64,000 nucleotides of DNA from an uncultured Solirubrobacterales bacterium (GTDB lineage Bacteria; Actinomycetota; Thermoleophilia; Solirubrobacterales; Solirubrobacteraceae): NCBI GenBank assembly GCA_963729925.1, contig CAVSPS010000004.1, positions 230,859 to 294,858 of the forward strand. The letters are read 5' to 3'. Every line of letters starts with the position of its first letter. Position 1 is the stretch's first letter. Below are positions 22,544 to 34,034 of the stretch, piece by piece. The position numbers and the translations under genes were made by a program. The notes under the pieces were generated by a model, which worked only from the letters and a program-made list of their open reading frames with translations, made no database searches and was not told the origin of the DNA.

Positions 22544-23499
22544 TTGCCGCTCAACGTAGCAGCCGCCACCGCCAGCGCAGCGGCGAGCGGGGCGACGTCG
22601 TGGACGCGAAAGACGGTGGCGCCGCGCTCGAGCGCCATCACGTTCGTGGCGATCGTGCCGGGCAGGCGCTCGCTCGCCTCGCCGGCGCGGGGCGTGTTGT
22701 CGGCGCGGGGCGTGTTGTCGGCGACCGGCGCCTCGTGGGTGCCCTCGCGCGCGCGCGCGGGGTCCCCCATTTCGTGTGCAACAACCCCAAGGAAGCTCTT
22801 GCGTGAGGTGCCGATCACGACAGGCCTGCCAAGCGCCACGAGCTCGTCGAGCCGGCGCAGGAGCTCGAGGTTGTGGACGACCGTCTTGCCGAAGCCGATG
22901 CCCGGATCGAGCAGGATGCGGGACTCGTCGATGCCCTCGCCCACCGCGAACGCCAAGCGCTCTTCCAGAAACGCCTTCACGTCGTCGACGACGTTTCCGT
23001 AGCGCGGATCGCGCTGCATCGTGCGGGGCTCCCCCAGCATGTGCATCAGACAGCACTCGGCCCCGCTGCCGGCCACGACCCCCGCCATCTCGGGGTCGGC
23101 GCGTAGCGCGGTCACGTCGTTGACGAGCGTCGCGCCCGCATCGAGCGCGGCCTTCGCCACGGCCGCCTTCGACGTGTCAATCGAGATCTGCACACGGTCA
23201 GGCGCGCGGTCGGGCGCGCGGTCGGGCATCGACGGTCGACGCGTCGCCTCGGCGAGTCCTTCGACCACGGGAACGACACGGCGCAGCTCCTCCTCCAAGC
23301 CGACGGGCTCGGCGCCGGGCCGCGTGGACTCTCCGCCGACGTCGAGGATGTGGGCGCCCTGCTCGACGAGCTCCAGCCCGTGGGCGACCGCGGCGGGGGC
23401 ATCGAAGAACAGCCCCCCGTCGGAGAACGAGTCGGGCGTGACGTTCACGATCCCCATCAGGCGGTAGGCGGCCACGGGCATCGGCCTATGAGCCATCAC
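22516..23499 (-). CDS. folP: Dihydropteroate synthase
   Basis: MGIVNVTPDSFSDGG, DVGGESTRPG, DPGIGFGK, SRKSF, RVHDV. Confidence 0.96.
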   Translation of the reverse strand: MMAHRPMPVAAYRLMGIVNVTPDSFSDGGLFFDAPAAVAHGLELVEQGAHILDVGGESTRPGAEPVGLEEELRRVVPVVEGLAEATRRPSMPDRAPDRAPDRVQISIDTSKAAVAKAALDAGATLVNDVTALRADPEMAGVVAGSGAECCLMHMLGEPRTMQRDPRYGNVVDDVKAFLEERLAFAVGEGIDESRILLDPGIGFGKTVVHNLELLRRLDELVALGRPVVIGTSRKSFLGVVAHEMGDPARAREGTHEAPVADNTPRADNTPRAGEASERLPGTIATNVMALERGATVFRVHDVAPLAAALAVAAATLSGKWTPTATTS

Positions 23500-23531
23500 G
23501 TTTGGACGGTCCCGGGAAGGTCCTGAGGACT

Positions 23532-25514
23532 TCAGGTGACGGTGGGCCGCTCGGGGTCCGAGCCAACCATGTCCGCGGCGCCTCCGGCCAACCCGGGGCG
23601 CGGCAGAGGACGCGGGGCTTCGCGGCCCGGCCGGTCGGCGGGCGCCGGCGGGAGAGGCAGCTCGGGCGCGGGGGGCTCCTCGGAGCCGAAGGCTTCGAGC
23701 TCGTCCTTGCCTTCGAGCAGGGCGAGGAACTCCTCCTTCTCGATCGTCTCGCGCTTGACGAGGATCTCGGACATCTTCGAGAGGTCCTGCTGGTGTTCGG
23801 TCAAGATGCTCTTCGCGCGCTGGTGGGCGGCCTCGACGATGCGGCGCACCTCGTCGTCGATCTCGCGGGCGATCTCGTCGGAGTAGTCGGGCTCGGAGGA
23901 GAACTCCCTGCCGAGGAAGGGCTGGCCGTGCTCGTGGCCGAAGACGCGCGGCCCCAGCTTCTCGGACATGCCGAATCGCATGACCATCTGCTTGGCGGTG
24001 GCGGTCACCTTCTCAAGGTCGTTGGAGGCGCCGGTGGTGATCTCTTCGAAGACGATCTCCTCGGCGGCTCGCCCACCCAAGGTCATCGCCATCGTGTCGT
24101 TGAGCTCGGCGCGAGTCGTGAGGAAGCGATCCTCCTGGGGCATCGAGATCGTGTAGCCGAGCGCCTGGCCGCGGGAGATGACCGAGATCTTGTGGACCGG
24201 GTCGGAGTGCTCCAGGAAGTGGCCGACGATGGCGTGGCCCATCTCGTGGTAGGCGGTGATGAGGCGCTCCTTGGAGCTCATCACGCGCGTCTTCTTCTCG
24301 GGGCCGGCGATCACGCGCATGATGCCCTCCTCGAGCTCGTCCTGGCCGATCTCGCGCTTGCCTGTGCGGGCGGACAGCAGCGCCGCCTCGTTGATGAGGT
24401 TCGAGAGGTCGGCGCCCGTGAAGCCGGGGGTCTGGCCGGCGAGCGCGTCGATGTCGATCACCTTCGCCAGCGGCTTGCCGCGCGTGTGGACCTCGAGGAT
24501 CTTCGCGCGACCCTTGCGGTCGGGGCGGTCGACGGCGATCTGGCGGTCGAAGCGGCCCGGGCGCAGCAGCGCGGGGTCGAGGATGTCGGGCCGGTTGGTG
24601 GCGGCGATCATGATGATGTTGTCCTTGGCCTCGAAGCCGTCCATCTCGACGAGCAGCTGGTTGAGCGTCTGCTCGCGCTCGTCGTGACCGCCGCCGAGAC
24701 CGGCGCCGCGGTGGCGCCCGACGGCGTCGATCTCGTCCATGAAGATGATGCAGGGGGAGTTCTGCTTGGCCTGCTCGAAGAGGTCGCGCACGCGGGAGGC
24801 GCCCACGCCGACGAACATCTCGACGAAGTCGGAACCTGAGATCGAGAAGAACGGCACGCCCGCCTCGCCGGCGACGGCGCGTGCGAGCAGCGTCTTTCCC
24901 GTGCCGGGGGGGCCGTAGAGGAGCACGCCTGTGGGTATGCGGGCGCCGAGCGCCTGGAACTTCTTCGGGTTCTCGAGGAACTCCTTGATCTCGTGCAGCT
25001 CCTCCACCGCCTCGTCCACGCCCGCCACGTCGCGGAAGGTGATCTTCGGCGAATCCGCCGACAGGCGCTTGGCGCGGGACTTGCCGAACGACATCACACG
25101 CGAGCCGCCGCCCTGGACCTGGTTGATGAGGAAGAACCAGAAGCCGAGGATCAACACGAGCGGGAGCAGATACGTGAGCAGCGTCGGCCAGATGGACGTC
25201 TTGTTGGATTCGACGTTGAACTGCGCGCCGGACTTCCTCAGTTCCGCTTCCAGCTGCGGGACCTGCTGATCGAAGATCCCAACTTCGTATTTTTCTTCTT
25301 TGTAGCTCGATGTCAGCGTAACCGCGACCGAGTTGTCTTTAACCTTCAGGACGGCCGACTTCACGCGGTGGCCGGGGATGTCGGTGGCGATGAGCGTCTG
25401 GTAGCTGTGCACCGGCCCCTTCTGCGAGCTGGGCACGATGAGCTTCGCCGCGAAGAAGGCGATGATCACCACGATCAGGATCGGGAAGGCGGCGCTCTTG
25501 AAGAAACGGCTCAT
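23532..25514 (-). CDS. ftsH: ATP-dependent zinc metalloprotease FtsH
   Basis: Two TM helices, [20 protein letters not shown]. Confidence 0.97.
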   Translation of the reverse strand: MSRFFKSAAFPILIVVIIAFFAAKLIVPSSQKGPVHSYQTLIATDIPGHRVKSAVLKVKDNSVAVTLTSSYKEEKYEVGIFDQQVPQLEAELRKSGAQFNVESNKTSIWPTLLTYLLPLVLILGFWFFLINQVQGGGSRVMSFGKSRAKRLSADSPKITFRDVAGVDEAVEELHEIKEFLENPKKFQALGARIPTGVLLYGPPGTGKTLLARAVAGEAGVPFFSISGSDFVEMFVGVGASRVRDLFEQAKQNSPCIIFMDEIDAVGRHRGAGLGGGHDEREQTLNQLLVEMDGFEAKDNIIMIAATNRPDILDPALLRPGRFDRQIAVDRPDRKGRAKILEVHTRGKPLAKVIDIDALAGQTPGFTGADLSNLINEAALLSARTGKREIGQDELEEGIMRVIAGPEKKTRVMSSKERLITAYHEMGHAIVGHFLEHSDPVHKISVISRGQALGYTISMPQEDRFLTTRAELNDTMAMTLGGRAAEEIVFEEITTGASNDLEKVTATAKQMVMRFGMSEKLGPRVFGHEHGQPFLGREFSSEPDYSDEIAREIDDEVRRIVEAAHQRAKSILTEHQQDLSKMSEILVKRETIEKEEFLALLEGKDELEAFGSEEPPAPELPLPPAPADRPGREAPRPLPRPGLAGGAADMVGSDPERPTVT

Positions 25515-25717
25515 GGCTTCGTGCTGAGTGCTCTGATCTCGAGTGCTCTGGCGCAGGATGTAGGGGTCGCCGCCAGTCCCTCAGCGTACCACGGGACACC
25601 GGAATTACCGGCCGTTTGGAGCCATGGGCGCCGTGATGGGGCTGGGGTGGGTGGGTTCCCATATATATATGGATTTAATGTTCGTTCTCGCGTCAAACCC
25701 ACGCTCGGGCACCTCAC

Positions 25718-26293
25718 CTAGCGCTCCAGCACCGCAACGAACGGGAGATTGCGATGACGCTCGTCGTAGTCGAGGCCGTAGCCGATCACGAAGCGGTCGG
25801 GTATCTCGAAGCCCACGTAGCGGGTCGGGAGGTCCACCTTGCGACGGTCGGGCTTGGTGAGCAGCGCGCACACCTCGAGCGAGGCGGGGTTGCGCGAGCC
25901 GAGGTTGCGCAGCAGGTACTGGAGGGTGAGCCCTGAGTCGACGATGTCCTCGACGATCAGGATGTCGCGACCCTCGATCGCAACGTCGAGGTCCTTGAGG
26001 ATGCGCACCACCCCCGAGGAGTCGGTAGCCGACCCGTAGGACGCGACCGCCATGAAGTCCAGCTCGACCGGGATGTCGATGAAGCGCATGAGGTCGGAGA
26101 GGAAGAAGACGGCGCCCTTGAGCACGCCTACGAGCAGCAGCGGACGGCCGGCGTAGTCGCGCGAGATCGCCTCGCCGAGCTCGCGCACCCGCCGCTGTAG
26201 GGCCTCGGCGGGGACGAGCACCTCTCCGACCTCTGTGGTCCGCACGGCGGCGAGACGCTCTGGGGTGGGCACGCCGAGCAGTGTATTGGCCAT
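25718..26293 (-). CDS. hpt: Hypoxanthine phosphoribosyltransferase
   Basis: VLKGA.FF, ILIVEDIVDSGLT, FVIGYGLDY; tilS-hpt-ftsH order. Confidence 0.95.
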   Translation of the reverse strand: MANTLLGVPTPERLAAVRTTEVGEVLVPAEALQRRVRELGEAISRDYAGRPLLLVGVLKGAVFFLSDLMRFIDIPVELDFMAVASYGSATDSSGVVRILKDLDVAIEGRDILIVEDIVDSGLTLQYLLRNLGSRNPASLEVCALLTKPDRRKVDLPTRYVGFEIPDRFVIGYGLDYDERHRNLPFVAVLER

Positions 26294-26391
26294 CGCGCCG
26301 CCCCCTGCCGCCGCCGCCTCGTCAGGGGGGCTCGGAGCACCGCACAGGTTCACCCGCAGGGCCGCTCAGAGGCCCTTGCGCTGCCTTCCTC

Positions 26392-27576
26392 CTACCGGCG
26401 TGGTCGCTTATGGCGTCTCGGCTGCTGCTTGCGCGGCTCGATGCGCTCCATGCGCAGCTCGCCGTCCTCGATGACCGCGCCCGCGAGCCCGCCCACGTGC
26501 AGCTCCGCCCTACCGCCGCGCCGGCCCAACGCGATCAGCTCGGCGACGCGCTCGCCGGCCTGGGGCACGAACGTACCGGTGGCGTCCTCCGCGAGGCGGA
26601 TCGCGACGAGTCGTCGCAACGCCGCCGGAAGCTGCTCCAAGCGGCCGATCGCGATGCTCGAAGCACCGGCGAGCTCCGCGTCGACGAGCGAGTCGAGCAG
26701 GATGGTCTCCTCGCGCAGCAATTCGGCCGTGCGCAGCACATTGGCCTGCGCGGCCGGGTGCACGGCGTCAAGCGCCTTCAGGAGCCCATGTCGAACCCGC
26801 ACGCGTGCGTACTCCTCGCTGTCGTTGCTCACGTCCTCGCGCCACGCGAGATTCCGCTCCAGGCAGTAGGCGCCGGTCGCTTCGCGTGTCAGCCCCAACA
26901 ACGGCCGCACAAGTCGCCCCTCGCTCGCGGGCATGCCCAGCAACGCGCGACGTCCCGGCGAGGCGGCAAGCCGGTAGAGGATCGTCTCGACCTGGTCGGT
27001 GGCGGTGTGGCCGGTGGCCACGAGCGTGACCCCGCGCGCGGGCGCACGCGCGCGCGAGGCACCCCCTGACGAGACACCTTCAGGCGAGACGCCCCCCAAG
27101 GCCCCCTCGCGCGCGGGCGCGGGGGGAGCCCCCCCGGGTGAGACACCGCCGGCGATCCCCTCACGCGCGGGCGCGCGAGCGCGCGGGGCCCCCTCGGCAG
27201 AGACGTCGACCTCACCATCAAGCCGCGCTGCCAGCTCGTGCGCCGCTCGGTAGCGCAGCTCGCGCGCCCACGCGTGCAGGTTGCCGACCGCGTCCTCCCC
27301 TCTGCGCGCACGAACAACCTCGATCTGGACACCGAGTCGCTCGCACAGCCCGCGACAATGCGCCTCGTCGCCGTCGGAATCGGCCCGCAGCCCGTAGTTG
27401 ACGTGCAAAGCCCGCACGCGCTCGGCCCCGCACAGCGCCACCACGACGTCCAGCAGGCACACCGAATCGCGCCCGCCCGAGAGCATCGCCACCACGTTCG
27501 AGCCCTCCGCCAGCAGACCGCCGCCTCGCACGCGCTCGCGGACCTCGGCGACGGTCATGGGCGCGGCATCGGTCAC
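26392..27576 (-). CDS. tilS: tRNA(Ile)-lysidine synthetase with a repeat insertion
   Basis: SGGRDS PP-loop, TGHTATDQVET, RPLL, DVSN. Confidence 0.92.
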   Translation of the reverse strand: MTDAAPMTVAEVRERVRGGGLLAEGSNVVAMLSGGRDSVCLLDVVVALCGAERVRALHVNYGLRADSDGDEAHCRGLCERLGVQIEVVRARRGEDAVGNLHAWARELRYRAAHELAARLDGEVDVSAEGAPRARAPAREGIAGGVSPGGAPPAPAREGALGGVSPEGVSSGGASRARAPARGVTLVATGHTATDQVETILYRLAASPGRRALLGMPASEGRLVRPLLGLTREATGAYCLERNLAWREDVSNDSEEYARVRVRHGLLKALDAVHPAAQANVLRTAELLREETILLDSLVDAELAGASSIAIGRLEQLPAALRRLVAIRLAEDATGTFVPQAGERVAELIALGRRGGRAELHVGGLAGAVIEDGELRMERIEPRKQQPRRHKRPRR

Positions 27577-27583
27577 GCGCGGA

Positions 27584-29071
27584 CTACTCCTCTGACGGCA
27601 GCGCGTGGAACAGCTCGATCGGCTCGGAGAAGCCCTTGAGGCCGATTTCGCCGATCAACTCGAAGCTCAAGCCGTCCATGCCGGCGGCCGCGTCGACTAC
27701 CCGACGCGTCACGAGCACCTCCCCACCGGCGGCCCTCGCCACCACGCGAGCCGCCTGGTTGACGTCGCGCCCGTAGTAGTCGCCGTCGCGGTAGATGGCC
27801 TCGCCGTAGTGGATGCCGATGCGCGGCGCGGGCGCGTCCGGCGCGGTTTCCTGCTGGAAGCCCACCGCCCACTGCACCAGCGCGACCGCGTCGGCGCCCA
27901 CCACCATCACCTCGTCGCCGAGGGTCTTGATCACGCGCGCGTCGATCGGCAGCGTCTGCTCGACGGCCTCCACGAAGCGTTCCACCACGCCCACCGCCTC
28001 CTCGTCGCCGCGCTCCTCGGTCAGGCGGGTGTAGCCGGCCAGGTCGGCGAACGCGATCACCACCCTCATACGTCCCTCCTCGGGCGCGCTGTCGGCAAGC
28101 TCGGCCTCCATGTGCCCGATCACGTCCTGCTCGATGAAGTGCCCGAGGAAACGGCCGTGCAGGTATCTCATGAACGGCGCGGCGAACGGAAGCAGCTCGG
28201 CGGCAAGGCCCTCCATCGCCTCCGCCATCTGCACGCCCGGGACGCCTTCGCGCATCATCGGCTCGTGGACGTAGAGGTGGATCAGGCGCACCTCGGCGTC
28301 GGCGATTTGGGCGAGTGTCTGCCCGTACACGCGCGCCATCTGCAGGAACGCCGGCTCCGGCAGACCCGCGTTCAACATCGCCGCGATGTAGCGCAGCATC
28401 TCGAGGTCTTCCTCGCTCATCGAGCCGAGCGAAAGTCCCAAGCTCATGTAGATCCGCTCAATCAGGGCCTCGTCGAGCTCCGCCGCGCGCGCGGCCTGCT
28501 CGAGCGTGTAGCGGCCCTCCGGCGGCGCGAACATGCCCTGCACGTATCCCGCCAGCTGACCGCTCTCGTTCGCTCGGCGGATCTGCTCGAGCGTGTGGCC
28601 GCGGTCGCGCAGCCGGCCCACGATCCGAACCTGCGCCACCGCCTGCGGGGTCCAAACGCCCTCGTACTGCTGCACGAGCCCCTCCTTCACCCAGCGCCTC
28701 ACCGTCGCGGGGGACACTCCCGCGACGGCCGCCACCCGCGCGAGAGTGGGCACGTCCGGCTCGGATTCCACCGGGCCCTCCTGCCCGGGAATAGGCATAC
28801 CCGGCTCAGAGCCCACCGGGCTCCCCTGCCCGGGAATAGGCATACCCGGCTCGGAACCCACCGGGCCCCCCTGCCCGGGGGTGGGCATACCCGGCTCGGA
28901 ACCCACCGGGCTCCCCTGCCCGGCCGGCCGTCCGTCTTCGAACTCGCCCGCTTCCTGCGCCGGACGCCCGTCCAGCGTCTGCTCCGCAGACTGCGCCTCG
29001 CCCGGCGCCAGCTCCTCCGCGCCGTGTTGTGCGCGCCGCGAGCGACCGCGGCGCCTTGCCGTCCGTGCCAC
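27584..29071 (-). CDS. Class III adenylate/guanylate cyclase with MerR-like HTH and regulatory domain
   Basis: TLARVAAVAGVSPATVRRW; FADLAGYT, KTLGDEVM, GDYYGRDVNQAARV, LKGF. Confidence 0.88.
   Translation of the reverse strand: MARTARRRGRSRRAQHGAEELAPGEAQSAEQTLDGRPAQEAGEFEDGRPAGQGSPVGSEPGMPTPGQGGPVGSEPGMPIPGQGSPVGSEPGMPIPGQEGPVESEPDVPTLARVAAVAGVSPATVRRWVKEGLVQQYEGVWTPQAVAQVRIVGRLRDRGHTLEQIRRANESGQLAGYVQGMFAPPEGRYTLEQAARAAELDEALIERIYMSLGLSLGSMSEEDLEMLRYIAAMLNAGLPEPAFLQMARVYGQTLAQIADAEVRLIHLYVHEPMMREGVPGVQMAEAMEGLAAELLPFAAPFMRYLHGRFLGHFIEQDVIGHMEAELADSAPEEGRMRVVIAFADLAGYTRLTEERGDEEAVGVVERFVEAVEQTLPIDARVIKTLGDEVMVVGADAVALVQWAVGFQQETAPDAPAPRIGIHYGEAIYRDGDYYGRDVNQAARVVARAAGGEVLVTRRVVDAAAGMDGLSFELIGEIGLKGFSEPIELFHALPSEE
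28755..28925. repeat. 45-bp in-frame tandem repeat (PGQGSPVGSEPGMPI-like, about 4 copies)
   Basis: Directly visible in sequence and translation. Confidence 0.85.
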
Positions 29072-29075
29072 CGGC

Positions 29076-29501
29076 TCACACCACCAGGTGCGGGTACTGC
29101 TCGGCCAGCATCGCCCTGTAGCGCGCGTACACCGGCTTGGTGATCGGGATGAGGGCGAGCGACGCCTTGATGTCGCCGCCGGTCTTGATGCGCCTGCGGG
29201 CGATCGCCAGCGGGATGTTCTCCTTGCCCTGGAAGTAGCGATTGGCCACCTCCGAGGACATCTTCATCCGCACGCGCGGCTCCCACGGGATCTCGTCGGT
29301 CCACTCCCAGTGCAGATTCGCCTCCTCCCCCGGCTTGCGTGCGCGTACGTTCATCACCAGGTCCACGTCGTCGAACTCGAAGCGCTGGGGCACGTCGGCG
29401 TCGCGCAGCGCGGGTCCCATCTCGGGATCGTCGCTCATCAGCGTGAAAAGGCGGTCCATGACCTCCTTGAACTCCCGCGAGGATGAGAAGGGCGAGCTCA
29501 T
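29076..29501 (-). CDS. SCP2 sterol-binding-like domain protein
   Basis: MSSEVANRYFQGKENIPLAIARRRIKTGGDI resembles the SCP2 C-terminus. Confidence 0.7.
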   Translation of the reverse strand: MSSPFSSSREFKEVMDRLFTLMSDDPEMGPALRDADVPQRFEFDDVDLVMNVRARKPGEEANLHWEWTDEIPWEPRVRMKMSSEVANRYFQGKENIPLAIARRRIKTGGDIKASLALIPITKPVYARYRAMLAEQYPHLVV

Positions 29502-29525
29502 CCATCGCAGTCTAGGGTCTGCGCC

Positions 29526-30344
29526 GTGAACCGCGCCCAGACGATCCACCTGCGTCCGACGACGACGCTCGCCGAGCGGGTGCTGCTGCCCGGCGATCCG
29601 GGACGGGCGTTGGCGCTGGCGCAGTTCCTGCTGGAGAAACCGCTGATGTTCAACCACCACCGCGGGCTGTGGGGGTACACGGGAGAGGCGGCGGACGGCG
29701 ACTTGCTGACCGTGCAGAGCACGGGCATGGGCGGGCCAAGCGCGGCGATCGTGCTGCACGAGCTGATCTCGCTCGGCGCGCTCCGTGCGATCCGCGTCGG
29801 AACCTGCGGCGCTCTGGACCCCACCCTCGAGCTCGGGGATCTCGTGGTCGCGCGCGAGGCGATCGCCGCCGACGGGACGAGCGCCATGCTGACAGCCGCC
29901 GCGATGACAGGCCCTGCGGTGACAACAGGCCCTGCGGTGACGACAGGCCCTGCGGTGGAGAGCCCTGTGAGCGCGGGCATGCCCGTGCGCACGCGCGCCA
30001 CGCGCACGCGCGCGCACGAGGGGCTCACCGATCGGCTCAACCGCACCCTCGCCGGGAGGGCGCGAAAAGCGCACACCGACGCCATGATCGCGAGCACGGA
30101 CCTGTTCTACGAATATGGCGCGAACCGGAGCGCCCACTGGAGGGCCGAAGGGGCGATCGCGTTGGAGATGGAGGCTTCGGCGCTGTTCGCCGTCGGCGCA
30201 GCCGCCGGCATCCAGGCCGCCTGCGTGCTCGCTGTCAGCGACACGTTCGACGCCGAGGGCGCCCGCACCCGTATTGACGACCACGCGCTGGTCGAGGCAG
30301 TCGAGGCGATGGGAACCGCGGCGGCGGCCGCGCTTGCGGTGTAG
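29526..30344 (+). CDS. Purine nucleoside phosphorylase (DeoD-type)
   Basis: VLLPGDPGRA, STGMGGPSAAI, IRVGTCG, STDLFY, LEMEASALF, VSD. Confidence 0.9.
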   Translation: MNRAQTIHLRPTTTLAERVLLPGDPGRALALAQFLLEKPLMFNHHRGLWGYTGEAADGDLLTVQSTGMGGPSAAIVLHELISLGALRAIRVGTCGALDPTLELGDLVVAREAIAADGTSAMLTAAAMTGPAVTTGPAVTTGPAVESPVSAGMPVRTRATRTRAHEGLTDRLNRTLAGRARKAHTDAMIASTDLFYEYGANRSAHWRAEGAIALEMEASALFAVGAAAGIQAACVLAVSDTFDAEGARTRIDDHALVEAVEAMGTAAAAALAV

Positions 30345-30833
30345 TCAGGCGCTCTTCTTGGCCCCGGAGGCGCGCACCGGTCGCTTCGGCGCTGTGGAGG
30401 TCTTACGCGCCGTGGGGGCCGTGCGCGCACGTGCACGCGAGGCCGTGCCCCTCACGGAATCCTTGCCCATCGCGGAGAGCTTCCCGCTGAGCGCCTTCAG
30501 CTGCTCCTCCATCGAGGCGAGACGCCGCTCGACACCACCGTCGCTGAGCGCCCTGTTGATGCGGTGCACGCCGTCCTCGATGCCCTCCAGGCGCTGAGAC
30601 ACCGAACGCAGGCGGCGCGTGAGGCGCTCGATGTCGGCGGCGGTGGGGATGTTGAGCGCGCTGAGCGCCAGCTCCTGGGCCTGGGCGGCGCGCTCGCGCG
30701 CGTCAAAGGCCCGCCCGATCGTGCCCGTCACGAGCGGGTTCTCGAGCAGGTCGGCAAGCGCCTTGCCGAGCTTGTCCTCGGTGCCGCTCGTCAAACGCTC
30801 GCGCAGGTTTGCGCCGGATCTGCTGTCGGACAT
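30345..30833 (-). CDS. Hypothetical protein, phasin/PhaR-like coiled coil with basic tail
   Basis: LSALNIPTAADIERLTRRLRSVSQRLEGIED resembles LNLPxRxD motifs of PHA-granule proteins. Confidence 0.55.
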   Translation of the reverse strand: MSDSRSGANLRERLTSGTEDKLGKALADLLENPLVTGTIGRAFDARERAAQAQELALSALNIPTAADIERLTRRLRSVSQRLEGIEDGVHRINRALSDGGVERRLASMEEQLKALSGKLSAMGKDSVRGTASRARARTAPTARKTSTAPKRPVRASGAKKSA

Positions 30834-31015
30834 GCTCGCGTGCTCCTCGCTTCGCTCGGTGTGCGTTCCACAGGCTAGTCGAGTCGCGCGCATGTCGCGG
30901 GACGAGGGCTCGGCGTGCCTGCGGAGCTCGCACGAAGGCCCACGCACGCGCGCGGGCCCGCCATGCGCACTACGCCATGGGCACTCGGAGGCCAAGGACG
31001 GGGTACCGTGCGCTC

Positions 31016-31900
31016 ATGCCCGCGCAGCTCTTCACATTCGTCCAGATGGAGTTCCCGTGGGCGCTCGGCCCGGCCGACGGACGCTATCTGCTGCGCAAGA
31101 CCGATGGGCTCGACGAAAACGAGCCGCAACACGTCGTGGTGCTGGGCACCGTGGGGGCCGAGCGCCGGGGCCTGCTCGGCGGACGCTCGCCGGTGCCCGC
31201 AAGGGTGCGCACGCGCCGCGCGGGGCGGGCGGGGCGGGCGGGGCCTGAAGCTACGCGTGTGCCGGTCGCGCGCGCGACCGTGGTGGACCCCATCCCGCTC
31301 TCGACCGACGACCAGGCGCGCGCCTGGCTGCGCCGGCTCGACCCCGAGCGCGAGACGCTGGCCGCGATACGCGTGGTCAACCGCGTGCTGTTCGCCCACC
31401 GCGTCGCCGCCGCGACGCCGCACGTCCACGAGGTGTCCCCCACCCAAGCGCTCGTGGTGCGAGCCGGATATGGCGAGGGCGAGCAGGTGGCCGACGGGCT
31501 TTGGAGGGACGCCCGCGAGCTGCTGCTGTCGCACAGGCGCAGCGGGCGGCGCGCGAGCGTGCTGCGCCCGCAGGAGCGCCTCGCCGTGCTGCTGTCAGGG
31601 CGCGAACGCGTGCTGCTGTGCGAGGAGCTGACCCTGCGCGCGCGCCTGGACCTCGACGCCGACCGCCTCCCGCTGGCGGCGATCGAGCTCGATCGAGCCT
31701 ATGTGGTCGCCCTGAAAGAGTTGCCACAGGAGCAACGCCAGGATTTGCAAACACGTATCGATGAGTTGCGCGCGTTGAGCGCCGACGTGGCCACGAACGC
31801 AAAGGCGGAGTCGCCGCATGAGAAGGTTGTGACCCACGCCCTGGAGCGCCTGGAAGCGGCGCTGCGCGCCCGTACCGCCGGCGGCTTTAGTGTGCGATGA
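31016..31900 (+). CDS. Hypothetical protein
   Basis: Long ORF with coding-like codon bias. Confidence 0.7.
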   Translation: MPAQLFTFVQMEFPWALGPADGRYLLRKTDGLDENEPQHVVVLGTVGAERRGLLGGRSPVPARVRTRRAGRAGRAGPEATRVPVARATVVDPIPLSTDDQARAWLRRLDPERETLAAIRVVNRVLFAHRVAAATPHVHEVSPTQALVVRAGYGEGEQVADGLWRDARELLLSHRRSGRRASVLRPQERLAVLLSGRERVLLCEELTLRARLDLDADRLPLAAIELDRAYVVALKELPQEQRQDLQTRIDELRALSADVATNAKAESPHEKVVTHALERLEAALRARTAGGFSVR

Positions 31901-31916
31901 CGATGGGCCCGCGCGT

Positions 31917-34034
31917 CTAGCGTCCCTCGAACTTGGGAGCGCGCTTGCCCAGGAAGGCCGATATGCCCTCCTTCGCGTCGGCGCTCGCGAAGGCGGTGGC
32001 GAATCCGCGCTTCTCCGCCTCGATCCCCTCATCGAGGTCGCCGGCGCCGGACACTCGCTTGATCTGCTCGAGCGCGACCGGCGCCTGAGACGCGAGCTTG
32101 CGCGCCCACGACAGCGCCGTGTCGAGCAGCTCGTGATCGTCGACCATGCGATTCACCAGGCCGAGTTCGAAGGCCTCCTCGGCCATGATGGGGTCGCCCA
32201 CGAGGTTCATCTCGAGCGCCTTGTTCTCGCCCACCAGGCGCGGCAGGCGCTGGGTGCCGCCAAAGCCGGGGATGATCCCGAGCTTGATCTCCGGCTGAGC
32301 GAAGATCGCCGAGCGCGCGGCGATGCGCACGTCGCACGCCATCGCGAGCTCGCAGCCGCCCCCGAACGCGAGCCCGTTGACGGCGGCGATCGTGGCGATC
32401 CCGTCCGATCCGAGCTCCCGCAGCAGCGCGTGGGCGGCGTGGATGAGCTGCTCGCCGGCAGCTTCGTCCATCGAGGTGAACGCCTTGATGTCGGCGCCCG
32501 CGCTGAAAAGGAACGGGTTGGAGGAGGCGATCACGAGCGCGCGCACGGGTGGGTGGGTCCCATCCTTCACGTGCCTCCACACCTTGCCGAGGTCCTCGAT
32601 GACCTGCGGGGAGATCGAGTTCATCTGCCCGTTGGCGAGCCACGCGATCGCCACGCCCTCGGGGCACCGCACGCCGTCGCCGGCCGTCGCGCCCTCGACG
32701 TGTGCGGCGCCGTCCTCGACGTCCGCGGCACCGTCCTCGCGCGTGCCCGCGCGCGTGGGGGCAGTCCAGGTTTGCAGCTTGACGACCTCTCCGGGCTGCT
32801 CGGCGTCGGGGGAGGGGTAGGAGTAGAAGCCCTGGCCGCTCCTCTGCCCGAGCCTCCCCTGCGCGACCAGCCGGCGCAGGATGGTGGGTGGCGCGAAGCG
32901 CTCGCCGTGGCGCTCGGCGGCCAGCTCCAGGCGCTCCAGCACCGAGTCGAGCCCTTCGACGTCGGCCTTCATGAACGGGGGCATCAACCCGCGACGGGGA
33001 TCGAGGCCGGCGCCGGCCATCATGCCGAAGTCGATGTCGCGGTGCGTGGCCACGCCCTCCTGCAACACGAGCGCCGCCTCGACGAACGTCTTGAGCGTGA
33101 GCAGCTCAACGAGCTCGGCGACATCGGGCTCGGCGTCGCCCTTGAGGTTGGGCTCGCCGCCGGCGCTGTAGACGCCCTCGCCGCCGGTCTTCGCGCCGAG
33201 CTTGCCTTCGGAGACGAGCTTCTGCATGCCCTTGTTCACGTAGAAGCGCTCCCCGCCATAGGAGGCGGCGACGTGCTCGGCGACGTGCAGCACGGTGTCG
33301 AGACCGAGCAGATTGACGAGGAAGTAGGGACCCATCGGAACCACTCCCGCCGAGCCCACTCCCTCGTCGATCGCCTTGATCGACAGTTTCTTCTCCTCCT
33401 GCTCGCGCCACAGCTCAGACATGCCGGCCATGAGGATGCGGTTGACCACGAACCCGGGCACCTCGAGGCAGGCGATCGGCTGCTTGCGGATCGCCTGGGC
33501 GAACGTGAGCGCCGCCGTGACCGTCTCAGGCGAGGTCTCCTCCCCCTCGACGATCTCCACGAGCGGCATCACAGAGGCGGGGTAGAAGTAGTGGAAGCCC
33601 ACCACCTTGTCGGGGCGCAGCGTGGCCTCTCCGATCTCGGCGATCGACAGCGAGGAGGTGTTGGACGCGAGGATCGCGTGACCCGGAGTGACCGCGTCGA
33701 GCTCGGCGAACACCGCCTGCTTGATGTCCATGCGCTCGGGAACCGCCTCAATCACGAAGTCGACGTCGCCGAAGCCCTCGTAGGAGATCGTCCCGTGGAT
33801 GCGTCCGAGGATCTCCTCGATCTGGGCGTCGCCCTGCTCGGCGGTGATGCGCTCCTTGGAGACGAGCTTTGAGACCTGGCCCTCTGTGACTTTACGAGCC
33901 TCGTCGAGACCCGCCTGCACGAGGTCCTGGTTGATGTCCTTGAGCACCACCTGGAACCCGGCGGAGGCGATCGTCTGAGCGATCTGCCCGCCCATGGTGC
34001 CTGCGCCGACGACGGCTGCCTTGAACACGAACAT
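31917..34034 (-). CDS. 3-hydroxyacyl-CoA dehydrogenase / enoyl-CoA hydratase fusion (HADH N-terminal)
   Basis: [52 protein letters not shown]. Confidence 0.93.
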   Translation of the reverse strand: MFVFKAAVVGAGTMGGQIAQTIASAGFQVVLKDINQDLVQAGLDEARKVTEGQVSKLVSKERITAEQGDAQIEEILGRIHGTISYEGFGDVDFVIEAVPERMDIKQAVFAELDAVTPGHAILASNTSSLSIAEIGEATLRPDKVVGFHYFYPASVMPLVEIVEGEETSPETVTAALTFAQAIRKQPIACLEVPGFVVNRILMAGMSELWREQEEKKLSIKAIDEGVGSAGVVPMGPYFLVNLLGLDTVLHVAEHVAASYGGERFYVNKGMQKLVSEGKLGAKTGGEGVYSAGGEPNLKGDAEPDVAELVELLTLKTFVEAALVLQEGVATHRDIDFGMMAGAGLDPRRGLMPPFMKADVEGLDSVLERLELAAERHGERFAPPTILRRLVAQGRLGQRSGQGFYSYPSPDAEQPGEVVKLQTWTAPTRAGTREDGAADVEDGAAHVEGATAGDGVRCPEGVAIAWLANGQMNSISPQVIEDLGKVWRHVKDGTHPPVRALVIASSNPFLFSAGADIKAFTSMDEAAGEQLIHAAHALLRELGSDGIATIAAVNGLAFGGGCELAMACDVRIAARSAIFAQPEIKLGIIPGFGGTQRLPRLVGENKALEMNLVGDPIMAEEAFELGLVNRMVDDHELLDTALSWARKLASQAPVALEQIKRVSGAGDLDEGIEAEKRGFATAFASADAKEGISAFLGKRAPKFEGR

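Noticed and set aside
28755..28925. 45-bp repeats as CRISPR or mobile element
   Set aside because: Contiguous in-frame tandem repeat within the cyclase N-terminus.
31917..34034. HADH-before-ECH domain order as novel
   Set aside because: The same order is known in Bacillus FadN-type and archaeal fusions.
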